In this document: positions 51,064 to 61,060 of the stretch, piece after piece | How positions within the stretch are numbered: the stretch's first letter is position 1 | Layout: each line of letters opens with the position of its first letter | DNA from: Podarcis erhardii | Lineage: Eukaryota | Assembly: GCA_964252035.1 (NCBI GenBank) | Contig: OZ176203.1 | Reading direction: 5' to 3' (one strand) | DNA length: 64,000 bases | Made by a program: the position numbers and the translations under genes | The notes under the pieces: model-generated | Database searches by the model: none | What the model was told of the DNA's origin: nothing | What the model saw: the letters and a program-made list of their open reading frames with translations, nothing else

Positions 51064-51101
51064 GTATCTGAAGAAGTGTGCATGCACACGAAAGCTCATA
51101 C
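51064..51101 (+). ncRNA. Minimal type I hammerhead ribozyme motif in the inverted pLTR
   Basis: GTAT-CTGAAGA(51068-74)-A-GTGTGCATGCACAC(51076-89)-GAAA(51090-93)-GCTC/ATAC. Predicted cleavage after C51097. Confidence 0.88.
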
Positions 51102-51955
51102 CTAGAACTAACTCAGTTGGTCTTTAAGGTGCTACTGGAAGGAATTTTTTTATTTTGTTTTAACAATATCTGGGTGACCCCCCCCCCCCTGGGTTAGCTG
51201 GTGTGGACAAACCAAGTGGATCCTACACAGTTGGGAAAGAAGATTTACCAGGCTGTATGGCCAGTGGTATATCAGCGTAGCCTATGCAATGTTGCCCCAG
51301 GCACTCACACACAGAATAGATGACTGTGTGCTTACTCATTCTTTCTTCAGTGTAGATGTGTATGCACAGCCACCCCTGATATCTGTGGTGCTATGTGTGG
51401 TTGCCCAGCCCACACATTTACTAGGGGGTGTGTGTGTATGTGTTCAGTGATCTTGGAACCCAGGCCACATATTTCATTCCTACTTCTGCTGCTCCTTCCT
51501 TTGTTTTTCAGTAAAGGCATTTTCCCACCCAGGTGACATATCCCTACCGGTATATAATGTTTAAATATGGAGGCACATATCAGACCTGCCTGGTGAGTTT
51601 CTAAGTCAGGGCACAGAGACGCTGGGTAATAGCAAGAGAAATAAGCTGGCATGGCCAATGGTCATGAGAGTTGTAGTGCAACACTCTGTAAGGATGCATC
51701 ATTCTGGTGACCCCTGCTGTTGACTCCAACATTACTGGTTCAATTTGCAAGAAGATACAGCAGATAAAGTTTTAAACTTACCATGGTTACTGAAACCAAA
51801 CATGGGATATGTGACTGGATTGTCCTTTTGTAAATACACATAATTCCTAACAGGCACAGAGAGTTCTAAACTTGATTTGAACCGTGAGACTGTTATGTAG
51901 GGCGCTGGGTAACTTTTACTCGTGGCATTTTGCTAATACAAATTTCACTACCAAA

Positions 51956-52351
51956 TAGGAATGTGGAGATATTTGGTTCACTTTGCAATTATAGGTGTAC
52001 CTACCTGATCTGCACTTTCGAAAAGAATAACCAAACCAAACCACATCAAAATTCACACTGAATTTTGCAATGATGTTCTCCTGCCATGTATGCAAAAAAA
52101 TGCACATGCTAAGATAAGGTGTACACAAAAGTAGCATTCAAAGGTGCATTGCATAAGAATATGCATAGGCAATTTCACATAGGCAAAGTTGCATACAAAT
52201 ATATGCATATTAGGAGAAAGTCACACTAAAATCCTGCTGAATTTTCATGAATTATTATTATTATCTTAATCACAAATGATTTGGAAATGTGGAGAACTGA
52301 TGGAAGAGTAGGAAAATGAGACACTGTAATTGACAGATTCACCCATCCCTA
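51956..52351. mobile_element. Non-autonomous hAT element with Ac-like termini, 396 bp
   Basis: Ends TAGGAATG / CATCCCTA (reverse complement TAGGGATG). 8-bp TSD CTACCAAA (51948-55) / CTCCCAAA (52352-59), 7/8 identical. Confidence 0.78.
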
Positions 52352-52522
52352 CTCCCAAACTGTTGTTTCACCAGGCCGGGCACACATGCAAAGGTGTATC
52401 AACTTCAGCTTCATAAAGAGCTACTATAAGCTTCAAGTGATGGCTAAGAACTCCTCTCTACCCTACTATCATTGCCTCGGTCATATTTTGAGTCCCCTGC
52501 CTTGTTTCAAAGCAAAAGACAA

Positions 52523-52540
52523 AGAGAGAGAGAGAGAGAG
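52523..52540. repeat. (AG)9 microsatellite
   Basis: Direct reading. Confidence 0.9.
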
Positions 52541-54423
52541 ATTCCAAAACAGTGGGCGATCCAAGAACAGATCTCTTGCATTATGTATGGCTTGGCCCTA
52601 AGAGTCAAGCTGGGTTCCTTCCTACTTCTTGATCAATAACTAGAATTTAATTAACAATTCTGTAGTTAATTAATCAGGCAGTACAGGCTCCAAATCCCTT
52701 TCTAGAGAACTGCTGATATATTTTTTTTCAGGGCTAACAAGAACAAAGGATTATGAAAACCAAATTTAGCTGGGAAAATGAGCCAGCTATAACTGGTGTA
52801 AACAGTGGGGACAGATTGGATGGAGGGGAAAAACATTGTACGCATACACACTTCAACAGTTTGTAATAAAACTGCACTGCAAAGCTGTCGGCCTCCATCA
52901 TTCTGTTATCTATAGGGGAAATCAAGCTGAATTCTGCTGTTTGTGAGGCAAAAAAACCAAACCCTGCAGAACAGCTGCCTGGGTGCAAGGGGCAACACAG
53001 AAATATTGGAACAGCTTTTGGGTACCAGCACCCAGATGGAGATTGCACACTGTGGAAGGATGGTGGTGAAAGTGCCAGGGGCTATTTGAAGCAGTAAGCT
53101 GTGATAGTCTCAGAGTTCCATTTCATGCATTTCTGCCTAGCATTGTTTTCGACCAGTTTTGTGAGGCATTTGTTTCTCTTTGAATTATTTAGGAAGCTCC
53201 ACAAGCATTTTGATCTTTTGTCTTTTCTACTTCAGTCATGTCCTCTGGGTTGATAACACATGGCCACAGTTCTCCGTCTCTGTCTTTCCCTGTCACCAGA
53301 GAATTTCAAATGTCGCCCTTGGGTTTGACACTGAGGAGAATGGCCAGACTTTAAAAATCCTCCACCTCCACACGCTAGTGCAGCCGATAAAAGGGATTTA
53401 TCAGTCTGCACTTTCCTCGGCTTAGCTCACGTTGATATGTGAGGTAAATTTTTCCCCATCCTTCATGAGCACTGGTTCAATGCTTCCCTGGAGCATTGCG
53501 CCACACAACTTTATTTGACTTATAATCTTGGAAAATGTCTCTCAAATGCTTATACACTAAGTGTATACTTCACTTAGAGTTGGAAAGTGAATAAATTAAT
53601 TTCCAATCACATCCAAAAGCAAAGAGGAAACAAATAAAATGGTTATAAGAAAGAAAGTGTGGAGTAATGAGACTTAAAAGCAGGGTGGAGAACATCTGGC
53701 CCTCAGGCTGGATGTGGGACTTCCTCATTCAGCCCACAGCTCCCCACCCCCACCCCATTCTTATACCCTGCTCAGAAATTAGGCTTTTAATATATACCGT
53801 AAATATATTTCACTGGTACTAATGGAAGCATGTTTTCAAATCTAATTGTGGCACAGAGATGATTTGGGGAGTGGGTGTTGCAGTACCATTGTATCAAGTT
53901 GTTGTTGTTGTTGTTAGAAAGCTTAATTGCAGCACAGAGGGTCATTTTTGATTGGAGGAATTGCTATTGGGAAGGTAAGGGTTAAGCCTCCTCTCCTCAC
54001 ACATTGCAAACTCTTAACACACCTGCCTGCCCCTCTTTAATGTAGCAAGACTTTAAAAGAAAAAAGAAAAGCTTACATTGCTGCCAGTTGTATGGCTTAA
54101 AGCAAAGACAATATTGGATAGTACATTTTAAGGTGAGTTTGTGCATGCTAGGTTGATCTCTAGGGCAGCCTCTAAAATAGCTGAAATTCTGCCCTTCCAC
54201 TCATCATGCTGTTGTTAGGCTACAGAGCTGGAGAAGAATTACAGCACTTGGGGGTGAGGATGCAAACAGGCATGAACTAATTGTGCTTCTGCTTGCTCCT
54301 GGGTGCCATATTTTTTGTTTGTTTTGCCCAAAATATATCAAGACAAAGCCAGAGTGAAGGCAGGAAGCATCAGTTTGACTTGCTTACATGAACTTGGCAT
54401 GTAACACCTGAAGCTAAATCAGA

Positions 54424-54605
54424 CATAGGAATAGAGGAAGCTGCCTTATACTGACTCAGATCATTGGTCCATGTAGTTCAGTATTGCCTAAATTGACGTG
54501 CAGCTCTCCACAGGGTTTCTGGCGGGTTCTTACACAGTCCCACCTGGAGATGCCAGAGGTTGAACTGCATGCAAAGCGGATGCTCTTCCACTGAGCTACA
54601 GTCCC
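54424..54605 (-). mobile_element. tRNA-derived SINE, Squam2-like, internally deleted
   Basis: Minus strand begins GGGACTGTAGCTCAGTGGAAGAGCATCCGCTTTGCATGCAG (tRNA head, A box) and ends ATCTGAGTCAGTATAAGGCAGCTTCCTCTATTCCTATG. Confidence 0.75.
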
Positions 54606-55071
54606 TTTCTTTATGCCTGAAGCTAAATGAGTCTGAGACCAGTCCTTCCTGCCCTAATTCTTTTGATATCTTTATCAGAATACTTGTCCTAGGTGGACTC
54701 ATCATCTGAGGTATGGTGGGTCTACTCAGTGGTGGTGTACTGGTTGTGAAATGCTCTCTCCAGGGAGTCTTGGGGGCTGGAACCAGGAAGATGGTTGTGA
54801 TGGTGGGCCACAGCAGCACAGTCCTGCTTCCCTTTAGTCATATGGAACTGCTTCACGCAAGGGTTTTCTATTCTTGTTCTGGGAGATATAAACAAAAACA
54901 GGCTCTGTGAACTGTAGACCTGAAAGCCAGGGTGCTTCAGTATCAGCAGGAGCAAAGGAAGAGAAGGAGGACACTGTCCCCCTGACCTTACCTGATGGAC
55001 CTTAGGGTAGATGTGATCTCTGAGAGAAAGAGTTGGCTTCACCCAACCTCTCCTCAGTTCCTGATATGAAA

Positions 55072-55323
55072 AAGAAGAAGAAGAGAAGAGTTTGGATTTG
55101 ATATCCCGCCTTTCACTCCCTTTAAGGAGTCTCAAAGCGGCTAACATTCTCCTTTCCCTTCCTCCCCCACAACAAACACTCTGTGAGGTGAGTGGGGCTG
55201 AGAGACCTCAAAGAAGTGTGACTGGCCCAAGGTCACCCAGCAGCTGCATGTGGAGGAGCGGAGACGCGAACCCGGTTCCCCAGGATTACGAGACTACCGC
55301 TCTTAACCACTACACCACACTGG
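55072..55323 (-). mobile_element. tRNA-derived SINE, Squam3-like, full length, well preserved
   Basis: Minus-strand head CCAGTGTGGTGTAGTGGTTAAGAGC (A box)...GGGTTCGCGTC (B-box variant), CORE-like GGTGACCTTGGGCCAGTCAC, 3' AAAGGCGGGATATCAAATCCAAAC and (CTT)n tail. Confidence 0.88.
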
Positions 55324-58300
55324 GGTTCACCCAGCCTTCTACATTTTCTACCTCCAGCTGTTTTAGCAACCCAGCTTACATGGTGGGGGTGGGGGCAGGG
55401 TTGATAGATGTAGTCCAAAGCATATAGAGAGCACTGAGAAGGCTTATCTAAACAACATATGTCCTGCTTCTCTAGAATGGGCATAAAGCTTTCTTCCATC
55501 TTGTTTATCCCCCCCTCTCTTTTTTACTTTATTTAAAAAATGTATCCCTCTTTTTAAACGGGCTCTGAAATCAATAAGAGGACAATAACACAGTACAAAC
55601 AAAACATTTAAATACTGCAAGATAATTAACAACAAAACGTGACAAAGTATTACCTAAATAAAAAAGCCTTTCGGAAAGGACCAGCCATGCAAAACGAGTA
55701 AGTATCTATACAAAGGGAATTCAAAGGAGCACCACAGAGAAGCAGCCCTATTTTTGTTGAAAACCAATCTTTGGTCAGGCTGTGTGTCAGAGCTGGGCTG
55801 TAGGCCCAGAGCACAGAAGGGAAATCCAGAAGGCAGGCCAGTCAAACAAGCCAGAAGCCAGAAATGACAATACAAGTGGTCAGGTAGGTTTTGCTGTCTA
55901 ATCAAAGCACCACCGAGACAGGAATCCCCCTAATGCTCTTTACTGCTCAAGAAGGAGGAAGTTCCCTGAGTTTTTTCAGTGACACTGCTCACCACATGGG
56001 AAAATGGCCCCCAGTCCATAACACTTTACTGAGAAGCTGCAACAGCAAGGCTCATATCATTAGACAGAGGCCAGCAGTTCTTGACAAGGTGGAAGCATCT
56101 GCCAGAAGTCCTAGTTTCTTGATCTCAGAACCCAGGGAGTTACATATGAAAGAGGCCCCTACCATGACAACATAGGCCTTTAACGGTTAAAATAGCACTT
56201 TGTTTTGAGCCCCCAAACTCATTTTATTGAAATTGTTTTAGCTAGAAATCATACAATTACATTTTGGCCAGAGCACCTTCAAAGATAATTGTCCTGTCAC
56301 GACATCCCATTTGGGGGGGCCGTGCTGTTGCACGGGTAACGTGAGTCACATGGGAGAGCATCCTGGAAAAGGTGTCTCCCCGTTTTCTCCTTGACCTGTT
56401 GGAGGGTATATGCAGTGGCACATACAAGAGTCAAACTGAAAAGTTACCAGAGCAAGCAAACAGTAGTTGTGTCCTTATTTTCCAAGAAGGGGTGCAGCTG
56501 GAGCAACTGATGAAGCTGGTAAAAGGCACTCCTGAAGCGAGAGCGTGCACACACATGTATTGCAGCTACCAAGCCATTAGACAGCTCTTCCTGCTGGACT
56601 GGTGTGATCAAAACACACTGGGGACTTGGGTGTCTAAATAATGGTCTTATACACACTACGCAGAGCTCAGTAATATATACCAAACCCAACGGCTTCATTT
56701 TCCTCTGTTCCTGCTGCATTAATGACTAGCTTGAGGGAGGGAGAGAAGGAATGAAGGATAGCTGAGAGGGGCCCAGCCGACACAACTAACGAATTGCCTT
56801 ATTAGAGACACTTTCCTAGGGCCTAAGCGGAGCCTTTCTGTCTGAGTCTGCAAGAAGTGGGTCATTTTGTTGGACTGTCAGGCCTTAACGTTCACTTGAG
56901 ATGTGGCTGCAACAAACGCAAGATGCTAGCTTCTCTCTTGCATTTCTTTCAGTAGGAAATTAGACCCCAAAAGAATTTAGGACACATAACAGGGAAAGGA
57001 CTTTAAATGAAGCAATTCTGCAAAGGATAGGTCTGCCTCCCAGCCTACTCTATACCCATTTAGAATTTGTGGCCACTGGCCAGTTTTGTAAAAAGGATTC
57101 CTGCACTCATGCCCTGGGCCAGAAACACTCCATGTGTCTGCTTCTGAGAGTGTGCATGGGCACTACAGAATTGTGCGGATACTGTAAACACAGCTGCTGC
57201 AATTTGCATAAATGTCTCAGGTCTTTTACGCACACCCGCTGCCATATTGCAAATGGCACTAACCATTTGCAGCCTCATATTGAAGCCTTGTATTGAAGAC
57301 CTGGCTCAAATAAACTCAGCCTCCACCTGATCTTTGTTGCACTATGAACATACATCCTCCATCAGCACCCAAACTCAGAAGGGGTTATGCAGTGGCCACT
57401 GACTGCTAAAGATGGCTTCATCTGTTCAGTTTGCACTGTTTGCATAGAAGTGAAGAATTTTAAATGGCTAAAGAGGGCTCACCTAAAATTGCTGTCTGTC
57501 TGACATGTAATCTAGATTCAGAGGCAATGTTAGGGTTGGTGTCTCAAGGTAAAAGCTCTTGTCTACAGAACCATGAATTCTAGGAGCATTAACTGTGACC
57601 TTTCTCTGACTATCATAGGTAGCTTACAGAAGACTGAGTTATACAGAGTATTAATAATACAGTCCCACAGTGATTAGCTTCTTCTTGTCTATGGTTTTAA
57701 TATAGCATAGAATACAACCAATGTTTGAAATTGTGGCACTGAAAGAGTTTTCAGCACATTTAACTTGTGGCTACTGATGCAAGCTAAAACCATAGAAGAA
57801 ATGTGCAGCCAGCATCTACTCATTGGTGTTTCAAATAGTTATAGTGAAAGAAAGCAGGTTAATTCAACTTTCATTTAAAAATTTGTTGGGTTTCTCCATT
57901 GATTTTTTAAATAAAAGCAAAGCCCTAATGTTCAAATCTGAAATGTAATAAATGAAAGAAGGTAGTTAAAATTAACTCTGTGTGTTTCATATTAGAACAC
58001 AATCGGTTTTATGCAATGCCTTCTATTTTACAAATACTTAACAGCATTCAAGAGTTGGAACATCTAGACCCAGGGCTTCATTTTCTATTAGTATCTGTGT
58101 TGCTTCATATTTCTCTCAAATTTAACCACACCCCCTAATGATTGCTAATAATGTCTCATAACCAGTTATTCATTAAAATACTAGTCATGTCCTACTGTAT
58201 TTTTTTAAAAAAATTGTATTTATCAAATCCTACCGGACGGTCCTGCAAGAGAGCCTCAATCCACTACTCAGTTTATGAGATCTAGTATTAGAGATAGAGG

Positions 58301-58652
58301 CGAGTACCCTGAACGCCAATCTTTACTTCAGAGCAGCCAGCAAAGTGACATAATATAAACCTCGTGGAAGATTGTGTGCCATAATCTGTCTGTACTGCAA
58401 AACTGATGGAAATTAATTCAACCTTCTCCCCCATCCCGAAAGAGCCATTAAGCAGATTGTGGTCACTGGTAGCAGCCCGCTTGTGGTTTTAAAGCCAAGC
58501 AGCCAATTGATGAAAATCACATTTAGAGACTTCATTCGGTTTTGCACAACCAGTTTCACTTGGGTGGGAGACTACTAAGGATTGTCAGGGGCCTTCACGC
58601 ACTGCACTAGGGATGCATACCCACCGGCCACCCCAAGATGAGTCATGGGAGC

Positions 58653-59155
58653 CAGTGGTGTCATAACATGGGGGGGGGGTTCGCCTCAGGTTCCATGTCT
58701 GCAGGGGTGACAAGAAGTCACCCGGCGGGGGCTCGTGGCAGCGCAAACAACCATCGCGCTGCCACAGCCACCTTCAGAGGATCCTCCGTTCATGACTGCA
58801 GCTGCGAGCAGAGGATCCTGGCGCCAGCAGCAAACTGCTAAGTATGGTGCATGTGTGGCGTCGCACGCATGTGCTGTATGAAGCGATGCTGCACATGCTC
58901 TGTATAGCAGTTTGCTGCCAGCGCCAGTCCAGCGCCATATGGACAGTGCAGGGATCCTTCATTCGTGGTTGTATCGGTGCCGGAGGAATCCCGGCACCGT
59001 CCATACGGCGCTGGAGCAGTGCCGGCAACAAACTGCTATACAGCGCATGTGCAGTGTTGCTATGTATGGAGCATGTGTCATACGTAGCAGCGCCGCACAT
59101 GCACCCTACATAGTGATGCCTGCCCCGGGTGTCACAACACCTTCCTTTGCCCCTA
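58653..59155. mobile_element. Non-autonomous hAT-type element, 503 bp, with palindromic interior
   Basis: Perfect 8-bp TSD ATGGGAGC (58645-52, 59156-63). Ends CAGTGGTG.../...TGCCCCTA. Subterminal similarity to 18348-19067 in the opposite orientation. Confidence 0.82.
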
Positions 59156-60249
59156 ATGGGAGCAGCTGGAAGAGTCTGGACATTCAATTGAAGACAGTGT
59201 CACTTATTAGGCTTCTACTTTCAAGTTTGATGGGAGAGAAGGCTATATCTTCTTTACTTTTCATGGGCACACAACGTCCTAAAACCATTACTACCAGAAA
59301 GACTGCCACTTGTAGATGCATGTTACAGTGCTCACTTATTATTTGATCTGCTCATTGGTAGGTGAAGCATCTGAAGACAAGATCGGCACGCTAGCCTGCT
59401 GCTTAGGGACGAATCCAGGCTTGAGGGAGTCCTAGGCAATGTGACCTCTGAGTGATACAAGATGGTGGCATTATAGGAAAGTAAAAAGAAGCCAGATTAA
59501 GCTGCCTCAAGTTGCTGTGAGTGCCAGGCTGGAAAAAGTTAAAGGGGGCACAGCCAGGCATCAGCATGGGCCCTGGCAACTGCCCAAGGGTGCCAAGGGG
59601 CTGACAACAGCCCTGTTGCTGTTACAGACCTGGAACACAAGCATATCATCAAAAGTTTCTGCTTGGTTTTTCTCATTCAGGTTCTGCATTGTCCAGATGT
59701 GTCTCAAAGTGAAACTTTAGCACTATTTTTGGACCTGTGCACACTCTGAAAAGGAAATGAGGTATTGAATTATGGCATAATGACCTTAGGAGGATGCAGA
59801 GAGTGAGCTAAGACATGCATACATGAGAGCGTGGGGTGGTTACTGGTAGGCTGTTTTACAGTAATGGGAACTTTGCCAGTAACATTCATGCCTGAGTCAA
59901 GGACTTTCATTTCCCAAAGAAGGCCTGGGGATTAATACAGTATCTGAAGTCCAACCTGCAGAGAGACGTGTGTGCCAAGCAGCTGTGTTCTTTTGTTAGG
60001 TGCCCTGGAGTTGCACATCCTTGTACTGTCTGTGAAGATCAATGGAAGTGTGTGCGGTTGCATCCAAAATCTTGAGCAGAAGGCTGGGCACTGACATACC
60101 TATCAATATTCTGTAAACCTATGTGATTTGTAAAAGGATAAAGAGCCAGTTCGCAAGCAAGTTAAAATTTGGAGACTCATACGTGCTTATAAAAGGCTGC
60201 ACAGACTCATCTGCTGTTGTCTCGTAAGCAACAGTTCAAAACTTGGTGC

Positions 60250-60398
60250 TAGGCATCTCCATTTAAAACGTTTTCTTGTAACAGAGCTGAAAAAGACTTT
60301 TGCCTGAGACTTTGGAGAGGTGCTGCTTGCTGAACTAGATAGTATAGGAGTACATGGTCCAGTGGTCCGATTCAGTTTAAGGCTGTTCAATATGTAAT
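60250..60398 (+). mobile_element. 3' part of a Squam2-like SINE, degraded
   Basis: GGCATCTCCA...GCCTGAGACTTTGGAGAGGTGCTGC...GGTCCAGTGGTCCGATTCAGTTTAAGGC parallels the body of 54424-54605. Confidence 0.5.
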
Positions 60399-60620
60399 AT
60401 GCTTAATAAAGTTGTCACTTCTTTTATTGTGTTGATTCGTGGGTGAAAATCCACAGAGTAGTTTCACTGCTTAAGTCACAGCGAAGGGTTGCAAGGAAAT
60501 TCTGACAAAAGTAGGAAAGATGATAGTATATACAAAGAAAATGGGTCAGTTCACATAGAACACTAAGCAGAACTATGGCTTAACAGGAACAAATGAGTGT
60601 GCAGGTTCCTGAAGAGAGGT

Positions 60621-61060
60621 CATCATCATCATCAACATCATCATACTTTTATTTATAGCCCACCTTTATTAAGGTTGCTTATGTATAAAAACAAGAATTG
60701 CTTAAAACAGAAAAAAAAAATTAAATCGTTAAAAACAATTAAACATTAATGGAATTAAAATCTTATATGTATATAAAATATGTTTAAAACCTACAAATAA
60801 TTGCAATAAAACAGTATAGCACTAGCCCTTTCATTAAAAGCAGCCAATTCTCAAAAACCTGTTGGAACAAGAAGGCCTTATCCTATCAGAGGAAGAACAA
60901 TAAGTAGGGAGCCAGTAGGGAGCCTGGCTTCTCCAGGGAGTTTGAAAGCAGCCACTGAGAAGGCCCTCTCCTCATGTCCCCACCAAGTGTGCCTTTGAAG
61001 GTAGAAGGATTAAGAGAAGGACCTTCCCTGAAGATGTCAAACTTAGCCAGGTCCATATGT
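60621..61060 (-). mobile_element. L2 LINE 3' end (ORF2 end, AT-rich UTR, (CAT)n tail), diverged
   Basis: GCAGCCACTGAGAAGGCCCTCTC (minus-strand RAFSVAA motif) and GGTGGGGAC region, AT-rich stretch 60660-60830, CATCATCATC tail at 60621. Confidence 0.65.

Larger units (their letters stand above)
50480..51161 (-). mobile_element. Penelope-like retroelement (PLE): 5'-truncated, with inverted 5' pseudo-LTR, ORF 3' end, 3' pseudo-LTR and 35-nt tail
   Basis: 12-bp TSD AACAATATCTGG (50468-79, 51162-73). 249-bp inverted repeats 50515-50763 and 50913-51161 with one mismatch. GIY-YIG C-terminal peptide; hammerhead motif in each arm. Confidence 0.93.
50367..51200. mobile_element. Old foldback MITE (same type as 21127-21274) interrupted by the Penelope insertion
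   Basis: Left part CAGGGACAGCCAACATAGTG...GGACTTCAACTCCCATC...GATAGGAGCTC..AACAATATCTGG (50367-50479) continues after the insertion as AACAATATCTGGGTGACC...GGGTTAGCTG. Confidence 0.55.

Noticed and set aside
50577-51099. Two ORFs with an identical MSFRVHAHFFRY... N-terminus on opposite strands
   Set aside because: A by-product of the inverted pLTRs; not genes.
9683-51189. Scattered poly-C/poly-G runs (e.g. near 9683, 18403, 30265, 50021, 50292, 51177)
   Set aside because: Ordinary homopolymers whose lengths are unreliable in assemblies; no pattern beyond occurring in or near repeats.
54560-54605. tRNA-like sequence on the minus strand
   Set aside because: It is the head of a SINE; it lacks the T-arm and acceptor stem of a real tRNA gene.
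55785-56782. Two adjacent TGTC...GACA-bounded segments (55785-56169, 56295-56782) suggestive of solo LTRs
   Set aside because: No TSDs or convincing polyA signal; terminal tetramers are weak evidence.
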